This document shows, in pieces, positions 11,346-25,594 of a stretch of 64,000 nt of DNA (positions within the stretch are counted from its first letter, which is position 1; the number at the start of each line of letters is the position of its first letter). Made by a program: the position numbers and the translations under genes. This stretch comes from Eledone cirrhosa (lineage: Eukaryota), in contig OZ024740.1 of NCBI GenBank assembly GCA_964016885.1, forward strand, positions 339,822,001-339,886,000, given 5' to 3'. The notes below the pieces were generated by a model. The model saw only the letters and a program-made list of their open reading frames with translations, was not told the DNA's origin and did not search any database.

Positions 11346-13949
11346 ATAAATATCATTATCATCATCAACAGTTTTATGTCTATTTTCCTTAGTGGCATGG
11401 GCTGGACAAGACATTTTCTTTTTTTTTAAGTAAGGTTGCTAAGCAATGTGACCTTTGTATATATGGATTGACCTGCAATGTTGAATGTAAACAAACGTAC
11501 ACACACAAATCCACATATACATGTATACACACACATACATACATACATACATACTTCCATACATACATAACATCAATACCTGCACACACATGCATACATG
11601 CATACATATCTACCTAGTTGATGTTGTGTAAATTGCAGTGAGAGAGTCTTGTATCTATGTTAGAAACTGACTCTCTCTCTCAATTATAAAACCAGAAGAA
11701 CATACATACATGTGTCTGAGTGTACGTACATACATACACACACATACATACATACATACATGATGATGGCTACCCCCTCGTTATTGAGTATGGCCATTGC
11801 CCGATATAACATTATTAATAATTATCAATTAATGGTATCGTACAATGCCTGTGCGTGAAGATTTTTTTTAAAGTGAGGAAAGACTATGTCAATCCCACTC
11901 TCTGAGTGACAGTAGCTATAACCCGAAAAGAAGAAAAGATCAACATCATCGGTATCTACTGAGCCACAGGTTTTATGTTGGAGTTATCCCAGTTTCCTGA
12001 GTTGCCTTCTCCTAGCAGAATGCCCTGACAAAGGCTAGGGGTCCTTCACTCCCAGTGGTTTAACTGCGCGATTGGGTATCCAGCCCGATTACATACATAC
12101 ATATGAATGTTTATATTTAGACTGACAACTGGTGTTGTCTGTTTATGCCCTGTAACTTAGCTCTTCAACAAATAGAAATCGATAAAATAGTGTCAGACAT
12201 AAAATTAACTACTGGGGTTGATATGATTGACTTTGAAGAAAAAAAAAACCTTCTAGGCACAGACCCTGCATAGACCCAATTTAGTGCCTGAAACTAGTAA
12301 AATAATGAAATAATAAAAGAATTTTTAAAGAGAAATTCCAATGGAACATATACATAGTTTCCACACTAAGCAGGTTGACATCTGTCATTAAGTTGTTAAC
12401 AATCCCAAATGAAAACTAAAGTAATATCCATTGTAAAAATAGCAAAAGACGTCTGCATTTTTCCTCTGTTCTCATTATGAACCATACAACTATCTTAATG
12501 TATAGGACATTCTTCCTTTTTTAAATCCCTATTGTTATTTCAGTGTAAGAACTATAGAAAGATATAAGGTGATCAATGAAATATCAACCAGAGTTGTTCA
12601 TGTCAAATGTTTTAGAATCTTCAGTAGTTATTAGCAGACATAAGCCCACCCCACACTTTATTTTTAATATCTCCTCCTCTCTCTCTCTTTCCTTTTCTCT
12701 CTCTATTTTGCTCTCTCCCCGACACTATCTCCTTTCTCATTTTCCTTTTGTCCTTATTCTCACACACTATTTTCCATCCTTCAACTTGAAACTGTTAACT
12801 ACCTTTAACTTTTATCACCAACATTCTTCATTATTTTTCAAAAACCAATCTTTCTTTTCAAGTCAAGAAAATAGCTTTCTGCACCTATTGTTCTCTCAAC
12901 TCCTTACTTCTATTGTGTATCTTTCTGTTAAGCATGAGAATACTTCTGTCTAATTCCATATTCTTTCCTGAATTGTCCAATTAATCTTCAAAAACTGCTA
13001 TCTCTCTTCATTTTTTTTTCTAGATATATTTTTTTTTAATCAGACATTTTCATTATTATTGCTATTATTATTACTGTCGTTGTTGTTATGTATGTGTGTG
13101 CGCACGCATGTATGTGTGTGCACGCGAAGACATCAAATCTCCTATTCAGTAGTTAAAGGAGTTATCCAATAATTATTAGCTTAAATGACTTCATCCTGGT
13201 GACTACACTCAACCTCATAACATTGCTAATTGACAACAGTTTATTGTGATTCCTACACAAAGACAAATCTTTTTTTATTTCTTTAAATTATTTCAGTTTT
13301 AGAAAATATTTTCCAATTTTAGTGTATTATTTAATCCTTTTATTGCATTTTTAAAACTATTTGTATTTACAGAATCGTTTTGAAATAGTATTTCTCAACA
13401 ACTGCTTAATGACCTTATACTAAGTTTAAAATAATAGCTCCATAATATGTCTAAACAATAACCACCACAGTGGTATGGGATGTTTCCATCACAGTCATAT
13501 GAAATAGCACCATCACAGTAACAGCAGATATTAACTCGACTGTAAAAACACAATAAATTGCTGGCATGGTTGCAAACTTCCTGAAATGTAATTATCAAAG
13601 ATATTGCACTGGTTTTGTTTTGACATTATTGTCGAACGAAGTGCCTGGAAAAATTCAATATTTAAATCAATATTAGTAAAATATTTTTCTCTCACTATAT
13701 CAAAATATATTTATCAACAAATCACTTAACTTCCTCCCACTCTCCAAATCCTAAACATATTCCATTTCTCAATATATATTTGCTGCATTGTTCTCGGAAA
13801 TGTTATCATCTGTATCATTAAATACACTGAAATTTATGATCGTCATTTGATAGAATATTTTTGATACTATTGTATTTAAAACTATTGTGTTGAACATGGA
13901 TGTGTTTCATAGGATTGTGGTGTGTTCAATAGTATTTTGTTTGGCAGAA

Positions 13950-14156
13950 ATATGTTTGATGGTATTGTGTTGAACAGGAATATGTTTGATAGTATTATGT
14001 ATGATAGTATTATGTTTGATGGTATTGTATTGAACAGGAATATGTTTGATAGTATTATGTATGATAGTATTATGTTTGATAGTATTATGTTTGATAGTAT
14101 TATGTTTGATAGTATTATGTATGATAGTATTATGTATGATAGTATTATGTATGATA
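13950..14156. repeat. 15-bp tandem repeat TATGT(T/A)TGATAGTAT
   Basis: Direct inspection. Confidence 0.9.
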
Positions 14157-14561
14157 TTTGTGGCTTCATGTCAGTGATAGAAATCAGTATGATGTTTGAT
14201 AGTACAGTTTTTAGTATTATTGTTTCATTTTCATCATTATCACTGCTTTTCCATGCTGGCATTAGCTGAACAAGATTTTCAGGCAATTTTTCTGCAGTCA
14301 GATACCCTTCCTCATGCCAACCCAGACTATATTTGTAGGTATGGTACATACCACACATCTTTGCTGAACTGGATAGCTGCAGGATGTGTTGATTATGTAT
14401 GATATAAACAAACATAACTGCTTGCTTTAAACTATGTTGATAAAAATATATACAGATGCAGGTACACACATGCACACACACACACACACTTACTTATCAT
14501 TGTCATTTATTTTCATAATCACTTTTTTACATCCACTTTTCAAGCTATATATATATATATA

Positions 14562-14936
14562 TCTACAGCTGAGTAAACTGGAGCAATGTGAAATAAAGTG
14601 CCTTGCTCAAGGATGTGTTGTTTCCTTGAGCAAGGCACTTTATTTCACATTGCTCCAGTTTACTCAGCTGTAGAAATGAGATGATAGGGACTGGGGTCCA
14701 TATCATTCCACTGTAGAGTGGTCGTGGAGGTGCCACGGCAAAAAATCACCCAGCCCACACTGTAAAGTGGACGTGTAGGCGCCACGGAAAAAAAAGCACC
14801 CAGCACTCACTGTAAATGAGGTTGGTGTTAGGAAGGGCATCCAGCTGTAGAAATCAAGCGAGAATCAGTTCCCGTCCCACCCTTGCAAGCAGGGAAAAGC
14901 GGACGTAAAATGAAATGATGATGATGATGATGATGA
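14562..14936 (+). mobile_element. CORE-SINE lacking its tRNA head, with a fold-back 5' end
   Basis: 14614-14936 matches the SINE body and (ATG)n tail; 14562-14613 is the exact reverse complement of 14623-14674. Confidence 0.9.
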
Positions 14937-15708
14937 TATACATATATATATATCATCCTCATTATTTTTACGTCTGTTTTTCCATGCTTGCATTTAACAT
15001 CATTTAACATATTTTTTCCTAAGATGACACATAGATACAACTGGCTTTGTACAATTTCTACATACCAATTTTATCCAAGGCTCTTTCTCAAAATTAGAAC
15101 CTAAAATTAGATGCCTGCATTGTAAACTTCTTAACCACACACCCATTCCTGTACCATTTTTAAATGATAATTATTCACATATTTATGTATGACTTCTATA
15201 TGCCCTATAACTCATAACTCTGGAGTTTATTGCAAATATAATCTTAATAATAAAGACACATTTTCAAAGAAAACAACGTGCACCCCTATTCTATTCAAGA
15301 ACAGGATTAAAATGGGAAATTCCAAGGATTTTGAAGGGAATACTTTGTTTACTATAAAAATGGGTCTGCCTTTGTTTTTACCATATTTTTGTATGGTTTC
15401 TTATTTCAAAGACCATTATGTCTGTGTTTGAAATGGGGATTAGGATTAAAATCCCACAAGTTCTCATTTACAGACATGATAAGCTTCCTATCTAACTGAG
15501 GAAAGGAACCCTAAAAATAAAATAATTTAATTTAGGGATACCTTTGTATTTTTTTTTTTTTTCTATTTTTTTATTGTTTTATTTTATCTAATTTGTCCCA
15601 GAAACACATATTTCTACCATCATGTAGGTCAGGTTTTAATTTCTGTTCTTAATGTGTTTTCTGGAGTGTGAACTAACAAATGTTGTTGGAATGGTAATAT
15701 TTGTTTAA

Positions 15709-15927
15709 CCCATTTGATAACAAACTACCTGAAACTGCCCCTGTTTGATTTAGTGTTTAGATTTATTAAAAAGACTTTATACAAAAACCTTCATTATGTT
15801 TTAACACCAGCTTAATAATGAGAAAGTTAGTTAAATATTACTAAATCTCTCCAAATTGTTGATTATTTTCAAAATTACTTGAAAATCATAAGCAGTGTCT
15901 TTCATTTAAAATATAGAAACAAAAGGG
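15709..15927. mobile_element. piggyBac-type MITE (TTAA|CCC..GGG|TTAA); related copies at 35318-35563 and about 60845-61080
   Basis: TTAA flanks, CCC/GGG termini and internal similarity among the copies. Confidence 0.7.
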
Positions 15928-16201
15928 TTAAACATTTGATAGATGAATAGCATCAGCAATATTCTAGACTTCCTATGAATAAATAAACACAACTCGGTGG
16001 GAAAATGATCTATTTATATTTTTACTTTCTTAATTAGGAATGGTTGATTCTATTCCAAGTGTCCCTCCATGCTACCTTAGAGTTGACTTTTCTTGGTCGG
16101 TCTCAAAAAATCAAAAATATATTTAGTAAAATTTGCTTAAAATTATCAACAATCATTATTGTCCGATCTTATTCTCTCTCTCTCTCTCTGTATATATATA
16201 T

Positions 16202-16236
<35 letters not shown>

Positions 16237-16266
16237 TTTATATTTTTATATATACACATATATTTA

Positions 16267-16453
<187 letters not shown>

Positions 16454-16825
16454 TATTAAAATTTTCTTCGTTTTCTAGTTTTATTTGCAATATTTATGTA
16501 TTTTGTAAATTTATTCAGACATTACATTAAAAAGAAAGATTTTAAAATAAACAATCTCATGTGATTTATTAATGGTTATAAATTAAATATTTAAGTCATG
16601 CTGCAAAGCAAAACTTTTTTTCCCTTTAAGGTGACTCAGAAAGTAATTTTGTCATGACTTCACAACTTTAATATCACATGACAGCTAATAGCTCTACATT
16701 TTTCCCTCGTTGATTCAGACGATTTTTAAGTTTGTTTTTATATATGACTTAGCCAAAGGTGTATGCATATAAAGTATGTATGTGTATTTAAAGCAGGACA
16801 GATATGCGCGCACACACACACACGC

Positions 16826-16861
<36 letters not shown>

Positions 16862-18393
16862 ATGTACAGACACTCACTAATGTGGTAGACTTAATCTGTT
16901 GGAAGTATTCGGACCCAGTTCAGATTTGAGAATACCTTCCTCCTTTTCTCTCATGAGTCTTGGAGACCTTGAAAAACTAAAGAGATATGGTGTCTGGCCT
17001 TCCTTACTAAATGAGTAAAAGGATGAGGATGAGCAGTTTCCCAACCTTTTTCAATACTTCTATGACTGGTGAGAAAAAAAAGACATTATCCTATGACTGG
17101 AAATCTGGTCAAAATGCTTGCAACTGGACTATGCAAAAGGTGGTAATAGTAAGTCAAGCAAGGGCAGGAACTGTCTTTCTAACAGGATTCTGAATAATTG
17201 CTATCTATCTAAATTCACTCACAATGCTTCAGTCAACCTAAGGCTATGGTAGAACACTTGCTCAATGTGTAACACAATGGAATTAAACCTGAAATTATGT
17301 AATTGCCAAGCAAACTTCTTACTACACAACACATGCATCATTTATCCAACCCAATTCCTGTATTGCTTGCCTCCTTACTCACTAAAAATGTCTTATATTA
17401 ACTTGAGTAAGAATTTTCAAAGAGATCCAATCCAAACTAATTGTCTTTACATCTTCCTGTGTCACACTCAATCAAATGTCCTCCCTTAATCCAGATTCTT
17501 TGGTGTGGATTACTAGGATTGCATAGAGGAATTGTTTCATCGTTAATGAACCTATAATAATATTAATTTCTTTTATTACTGAATCTTGCTCTTTGATTTC
17601 TCCAAAGAATTTTCATTTAATGTTTATTACATGTATCTTTCTAAAATATTCTAATAGTTCCAATGAAATTGTGAAGAATTCCACCATAATCTATACAATT
17701 AGCTTTTTCAGCCATATTTAATGTTTCTTTATGCTTAGAATTCTATTAAAGATTTAAAAACTAACAATGAAAAGTTCCTATGTCCTGTGAGATTACTACA
17801 TCAATGCTGATTTGAAATTAAAAAAAAAATAAAAATTCTGCTTTTCTATAAATTAGAAAATATTTTCATGTTTAATGCCAATTTTTAGCAATAAAATAAT
17901 TTTCTATATTCATTTCTAATAATGAATTCGCTATCTCCTATATCTTGTATTAAAATACTTTATATTATTTTCAATGATAAATATGTAATGCCTTAGAGGT
18001 GTCTAGCCTGAAAAAAAAATGAAACAATTTCCTAAACGTAGATTTTTCAAATAAGAAATAATTTGAAAACATGTTGAGGTTTATCCATGTTAGATATTAT
18101 AACATAGATATATCCCTGGTGCCTTTCATTCTGTTGAGTAGAGTAAATATAAACTCAAAAATAAGTATATGGAGGAGGAGTTAGTGTTGGTGGCAGCAGT
18201 ATGATAATTCTTGTTAGTATGTCAGTAGTTTATTGTTGTGTCAGCATAATAAACATATTTAACAGATACAAGCATAGTTAAATGGTTAAGAAGTTCAAAT
18301 TATAATCATGATATCCTGGGTTAAGTCCTAATGTATCACCTTAGTCACAGGTTGATCCAAGCCTTGTGAGTAAAATTGAGTAGAAAGAAACTA

Positions 18394-18483
18394 CAGGGTG
18401 TCCCAAAAAACTATATACATACTTTAATTACCTAAGCAGACAATATTTATTAGAATGTGTATACATTTTTTGGGAACACCCTG
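18394..18483. mobile_element. 90-bp Tc1/mariner-type MITE inserted in a SINE
   Basis: TA|CAGGGTGTCCCAAAAAA...TTTTTTGGGAACACCCTG|TA. Confidence 0.85.
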
Positions 18484-18756
18484 TATATGGAAATCTGTCA
18501 GATGGAGTGTACCTGTAATTCAAAGGTCTAGTCTTGTCCCATGTTGTGTCATGCCAATTCAGCTTGGGAATTACATGAAGGTTAGACATATCTGTGGAAT
18601 ACTTATCCTCTTACACATTAAATCTGGAGCTGAATATTCAGTTGATCAAACAACTGAAAATATATCATCGAAGCTGATGGAGAATCAATCATCATTGTGT
18701 GGTAGCAAATATGTGTTGTTATTTTATGTTAGTATGTTGTCAGTGCATTTATTATA

Positions 18757-18978
18757 AGGATGATGGATTGAACGAATAATTAGGGCATTGGACAAAATCC
18801 TTTGTAGCATTTAGTTATGGCTCTTTTTAGGTTCAAGTTCAAACCCGGCCTAAATCAACTATGCCTGTCATCTTTCTGGGGTCAATAAAATAAGATACCA
18901 GTCAAATACTGGTCTATGTAGTTGACTTCCCTGCCCCACAAATTACTGGCCTTGTGCCTAAATTAAAAACCATTATTA
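18757..18978 (+). mobile_element. Meta/MESC-type SINE, diverged copy of 6958-7182
   Basis: GCCTGTCATCTTTCTGGGGTCAATAAAATAAGATACCAG..GGCCTTGTGCCTAAATT. Confidence 0.7.
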
Positions 18979-21924
18979 GTGTAGTATCAATATAATGTCA
19001 ATGTGAAAGTGAAAGTGTTGATAGTATAATGACACTGTCATTCTGTTATCAGTATTGTCAAACCAGATAAGACAGAAGAAGGCAGATGGGTTGATTAGTA
19101 TAGGCCAATGATTTGAGGTGGTAGTGGGAGATGAGGGCTACTAGCTTGGAGATCTAGTTCTTTTATTATATTCTGTTATTTATTATACATGATATACACT
19201 ATATAAATTGTATGAATTAGTGATAGCACTGACACAAGGTGATTCAGAATAAAGGCACATATGGATCCATATTCAGAATAAAGGCACATATGAATCAATA
19301 TATTTATGTATAATAAATATACATTTAGTCTTGTGATTATTTAATCTGTGATTGTGATTTGTGATCATATCTAAGCATAAATAAGTAAGTACTGATGAAG
19401 AGTAACCACTCTGAGACACTACTCTCAGCGCAATACCAAAGTAGTCGTGATACATTTACAGTTTAAAATACTCACAGCAAGGCGAAATGTATGTTTATTA
19501 TACATAAATATGTGGTATATATGGATGCGTATATGCACCTTTATTATAAATTGTACATATTTAGCACTGATGACTGAAATAGTTAATGATTAATTTAAAA
19601 TAGAGCTTACATTTCACCTCTGGTCTGAGCTTTTTACAAGCCAGGGAGGGGGGCTGCATTTTACATCTGGCCTGGGCCTATTGCCAGATTTGATTGGGGG
19701 GGAGGGCTATATTTTACATCTGGTTTGAACCTATTACCAACTTTGTAAGGGCCTGGGTATATTGTCAGCATGTTATATCAGTGAATTGACACTGTGTTAT
19801 TGTTGTTGTTTAACTCCAGATCAACGTTGATTGAGCAGAACTATGGTATGAAAATCTGATGCACCGCCCTCCCAAACGTCACCCTTATTAGCTTTGAGAG
19901 AAGCTACTCTCTTCTCCATAGGACCCCAAAACAGTCTTGTTTCGCCTTGCAAAATTCCTTTCAGCGGCTCTGCAGGGTGGTATCATATAATCAGTGAAGT
20001 AAAGCATCTATCTCTCTTATCATCAGAATAAAAGATAAAGATCTTTTATTCTATAAATAATTCCATGGTTGTTCTTTTGAACTTTCTTCACTTCTTCCTT
20101 CTCTCTTCTCTTAAGGCTGCTAAGCAAGTGACTCATCTCTCTACTAATTTCCATCCTTTCACTATGATTGTCTCCTCTTGAGTGTCTACTCAAGTAATTT
20201 CTTTTTATAAATGTCTGTCTTATGGAATTCCTCCATCTTTTGTTGGTGGATATAATCTTAATTCTGATAAATCTCCTGTTGATTATTTTCTAATTTCAAG
20301 GGCATTGTCTCATTTGGGCCCATCCCTTGGGCCTTATGTGGTACTACCCCCTTACTTTTTAATGGTCTACTCTCAGATTTAGAAAATTTATGGTGATATG
20401 CTTATTCTGAATAATTGCTTTCCTACCCAGAAAGAATGTTTGAAAGTTCTCCTGAACACCATAGCCTGGCATTAGGCCTGATCTCATTAGATTTCTGTTT
20501 TGTTTTTTCCCTTTTCTTTCATAATTCCCACTGAATCAAATGTTTGCTTGGGGTCTGCTGTATTGCTGGTTACTTGTTGTTTTGTTGGAAGTGACTTCCA
20601 ATAAGAGAAAAGTAAATTTTTAATTAAACTTAATATAATAATAGTTTTATTATACAGAAACTGTGTAATCTGCCTCCCATTGGTCTTCAATATTCAAATT
20701 TTATTATTTTTCCCGCTTTTTATTTTTTTATTTTAGTTTTTAGGTTTTTTTTTATTACTTGTCTCACTAACTCTTTTTGATTACCAACTGTGAGGAGTAC
20801 TCGGTACTTCACCTAGTCTATCATGGCTTACTAGCTCTATACGGGCGTTTAAATTGAATAAATAAATAAATTGACAGCTGCGGTTTGATAGCAGCTGCTT
20901 TCCCCAATTGGTGGCTGGTATGGTCCTTAGCCCGTTTGCAAAATATGAGAATGCAGGTTAGGGGTTGGTTTAGAGGGAATTAAAAGTGCAGGTCAGTGGC
21001 TGGTTAAAGGTATTTTGTTTATAGATTAAAGCAATCAATGGGTTTATTTGTGTATATATTCTAACTTACTTATACTAACTTTATATAGAGTGCTATAAAT
21101 TATCTGTTTATAAATCTCTTTAAATAAATACATATATATTTGCTCTTTATTGCTAGATTATACAGGTTTCATAAAAACATTTACACAACTTTCAACATAT
21201 TTTTATCACTACCAATTTATCAGTTAAACTAATTAAAAACACAGAGGCAACTCATCCATACTATGAACCTCTCGACATATTCTCCTAGCTAAGTAAGAAA
21301 TATCTAATGTGTATGTCGGTAATACTGTTTGAATGTTTTAACTATGTGTTTTAGCTAATGGATCTGTATTTTAGCTTATGTAGGCACATGTTAGTTAATA
21401 TATGCATGTTTTAGTTAATGTATGTATGTTTTAGCTAATGTATGTATGTTTTAGCTAATGTATGTATGTTTTAGCTAATATATATGTGTTTTAGTTAATG
21501 TATTCAGGTTTTGATATCTCTGGGTGTATATATCACTATATATGTTGTGCTCGCTAATATTAGTATTTGTGTGTGAATTTTTTAAAATATTTTTACACAT
21601 ATACATGTGTAAGTGAGCTGTGCATATGTATCTCTCTCTTGCTTTATGTATATGTGTTTCCATATCCTATGACAGATTCATTTTTAATAGTATGTTATAA
21701 AAAGGAGTAGAAATAAGTAATGCTACTAGTGTGTATGTGTATTTTGGTTTTTAGAATAGCTGCACTGTTTCCTTGCATGTCGTAAGAGGCAACTAAAAAG
21801 TTGGTGTAGGAAGGGCATCCAGCTATAAAACATTGTCTCAAAATATCCCGCCCAACCCATGCCAGAAAGTGGATGTAAAAAGTGGATAGGAAAGTGGATG
21901 TAAAAACGATGATATATATATATC

Positions 21925-22620
21925 ATCGTTTGTATGTCAATTTTTCCATGCTTGCAAGGGATGAGTCATTTTTAGTACAGTATCTCTCCACTCACTACTG
22001 TGAGTCTCTATGATTTCAGATCAACTCTCACCACCTCTGCCCAGGCCTTCCCAAGTCTACCTCTACTGTGGCTTCCTTCCACTGGCACTTCATCATCCAT
22101 GCACATCATATGTCCGTACCAACGCAGTCTTCTCTCTAGCACACCGCTTCAGATGCCCCTTAAACCCAGTTTCTCCAAGCTCTGACTTTCTCTCACATTT
22201 ACATTGCACATCCAATGAAGCATGGTTGTTTTATTTCTCTCCCACCTACACATGTCCTCTACAATCACTGCCCATGTTTCACTAACATGCAGCATTACAC
22301 TTCACACACAGATGTCATGAAGTCATCTTTTTGTATATAAGGAGAAACCTCTTGTTGTCAGCAGTAGGAGTAGCTCTCTAAACCTCTTCCATCCTTTCCT
22401 TATTCTAGATATTATGCTTTCAGAGCACCACCCTCCACTGTTAATTAAGTTACCTAGATAGAAGCTATCAACCACTTCTGTGGATTCTTCAAGGGATTGG
22501 AAAAAGTTTATATCACTGATGCTCTTCCCCTCAATTAACCCTGTGCATCTTTTACAAACAAAATCTTCCCTTTTTGTTGACTACTTAATATCCTAGTACA
22601 TTTCTTGTGTATCCAAGATT
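21925..22620 (-). mobile_element. Old degenerate RTE LINE 3' fragment
   Basis: Colinear similarity to 30730-31280 (TGTCCGTACCAACGCAGTCTTCTCTC, GGAGAAACCTCTTG, GAGCACCACCCTCCACTG). Confidence 0.7.
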
Positions 22621-22626
22621 TACATA

Positions 22627-22670
<44 letters not shown>

Positions 22671-23812
22671 CATACATATATGTTTATGTGTGTATACATG
22701 TGTATAGCATCTTGTATAAGAATTAACTCAAACTGCAATGACCCGGCCACCCAACAGCCCAACACATGCCAGCATGGAAAACAGGCATAAAAAGGATGAT
22801 TATGATGATGATGGTGATAATCATGGTTGTGATGGCAATAGTACTGTTACTGCTGCTGCTGATGATGATGACGATGATGATGATATATATGGTACACAAC
22901 ATTACAGGAAGAATTTGTGTGTGTAATACATGAATTATTAAATCATGCTTTAAAAAGACCCAACACCAAAATACACGACCATAATAGATGTAATAAATAT
23001 TTTATCATTGCCATTACATTAAATATGAAATTTGGTCATGGTGAAGAGTGGCATTTAAAATTAACCTCTTAATAAAAGGTGCTAAGGAAAATAATTATCT
23101 TTCCTTAATTGATTTGTTATGTTAATCTATATGTGATGGATTAAATTGTTGTTTAATGAAATATAATTTTAATAGAGATTACTGATGCTGGCTTTCTCTC
23201 TCAATATTCATATAACTTAATGGCAGATGATGGTATATGTATATATATGGTATATGTGTGGATATATGTGTGAGAGAGTGGGTTTGTGTGTGTGTGTGTG
23301 TGTGCATGAGTATCTGTGAGAGTATGAGTATAAACATAAATGTGTGCGTCTGTGTATATGTGTGTGATGGTGTATATTATGTATATGTGTGGATATATGT
23401 GTGAAAGAGTAAGTATGTATGTGTGTGTTTATGTGCATGAGTATCTGTGACAGTGTATGAGCATGACTGTGCATGAATGTATGTGAGTGTATGTGTGTGT
23501 GTGTTTTTGTGTGTATGTAGGTGTATATTATGTATATGTGTGGATATATGTGTGTGTGTGTGTATGTGCATGAGTATCTGTGAGAGTATGAGTATAAGTA
23601 TGAATGCAAATGAATGTATGTGTGTGTGTGTAAGTGTGTTTCTATGTGTATAATGGTGTATATTATGTATGTGTTTGTGATTATGTGGTATCATCATCAT
23701 CATCATTTTACGTCCGCTTTTCCCTGCTAGCAAGGGTGGGACGGGAACTGATTCTGGCTTGATTTCTACAGCTGGATGCCCTTCCTAACACCAACCTCAT
23801 TTACAGTGAGTG

Positions 23813-23984
23813 CAGGACATGTATATAAAATTATGAAGAAAAAAGTATGATCGCTGCAGCGAGCTAAGATTACAGTTACATACTCCAGGGGGGTTACTTT
23901 GAAGGAGAAAACTCTTAGTGTGAAGTTTGGGTTTGAAATAATTCTTTTGTGACATCAGTCCTGGAACTTTTCTGACACACCTCG
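23813..23984 (+). mobile_element. Mariner-type 3' end fragment
   Basis: GGGGGTTACTTTGAAGGA (G.YFEG terminus) followed by TIR-like CAGTCCTGGAACTTTTCTGACACACCTCG|TA. Confidence 0.6.
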
Positions 23985-23987
23985 TAT

Positions 23988-24315
23988 ATCATCATCATCA
24001 TTTTACGTTCGCTTTTCCCTGCTTGCAAGGGTGGGACGGGAACTGATTCTGGCTTGATTTCTACAGCTGGATGCCCTTCCTAACACCAACCTCATTTACA
24101 GTGAGTGCTGGGTGCTTTTTTGCCGTGGCACCTCCATGACCACTTGCAGTGGAATGATATGGACCCCAGTCCCTATCATCTCATTTCTACAGCTGAGTAA
24201 ACTGGAGCAATGTGAAATAAAGTGTCTTGCTCAAGGAAACAACAGATCACCCGGTCTGAAAATTGAACTCACAACCTTTCGATTGCAAGCCCAATGCTCT
24301 AACCACTAAGCCATA
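23988..24315 (-). mobile_element. CORE-SINE copy; a tail-only copy lies at 23691-23812
   Basis: Near-identical to 1182-1519 and 27656-27999. Confidence 0.9.
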
Positions 24316-25594
24316 TGGTATATGTGTGGATATATGTGTGAGAGAGTAAGTATGTGTGTCTGTGTGTATGTATGTGCATAAGTATTTGTGAGAGTGTGTG
24401 TAAGTGTGTTTCTGTGTGTATGAAGGTATATATTATGTATATATGTATCTGTGATTATGTGGTATGTGTGTGTGTATGTGTGTGTGTGCATCAGTATCTA
24501 TGTGAGTGTGAATATGGGCATGAATGTGCATGAGTGAGTATCTATGTATGTGTGTATGTGTATGAAGGTATATGGTCTGTATATGTGTGTCTGTGTGTTT
24601 GTGTGGATATATGTGTGAGAGAGTGAGTATATATGTGTGTCTGTATGTGCAAGAGCATCTGTGAGAGTGTGTATGAGCATGAATGTGCATGAGTGAGTGT
24701 GAGTGTCTATGTGTATGAAGATGTGTGAATGAATATGTGAGGGGGTTGAATATGTAAACGTGTATGTGAATGAATGTGTATCTGTATGTGTGTCTGTATA
24801 TGTGTGAGGAAGTGAGTATGTGCATGAATGTTCATATGTGTGTTTGTGTAATGGATTATGTGTGTGAATGTGTGTGTGTGTGATTATGTGTGAGCAGCTG
24901 TATGTGCATATACAAGTATGTTTGTGTGATGGTGTATGTGTGTGTGTGTGTGTGTGAGGGAATATGTTTGTATGATTCTGTGAGAGGATGTGTGTGCATG
25001 TTTGTGTGGGTGTGTGTGAATGTGTGGGGCAGTGAGTATGTATATCAATATGCATATGTATGTGTGTTTGTATGATAAAGTGTGTGTGTCTGTGTAAAGG
25101 AATGTATGTGTATGAGTGTGTGAGGAGGTGAGTATATGTCTAAATGTTTGTGAGTGTATGTGTTTGTGGGGGAGTCTTTATGTGTGTGAATATATGTAAA
25201 TATGTGTAGGTTGGGAAATGAGTATATACATGAATGTGTATGTGTTTGTGTGTGTTTTCTATGAGGGGGTGTGTGTGTATGAATGTGTGTTTATGTGAAG
25301 TCTGTGTGTGAGAATGTGAGGGTGTGTGAATGTAAGAGAGTATGTGTTTATGTGAGGAAAAGAATATGTGTGGAAATATGAGTGTGTTTGCTTATGATAT
25401 TATTTGTGTGTGTGTGTGTATTCATGCGTGTGTTTGTGTGTGTGTGAATGTGAGTGTATACATAAGGGTATGTGCGTGAATTGTGTGTAGAGGTGTGTAT
25501 ATGTGAATATGGGTGCTTATGTGTGAATATATGAGTGAGTGAATTTGTGAGTATGTGTTTGTGTGTGTTTTTGTGTGAATGTGCGTGTATGTAT

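Noticed and set aside
16038-16095. Possible 58-nt + strand exon (ttag|GAATGG..TCTTG|gtcggt)
   Set aside because: No YWTD similarity, and joining it to exon a creates TGA at the junction
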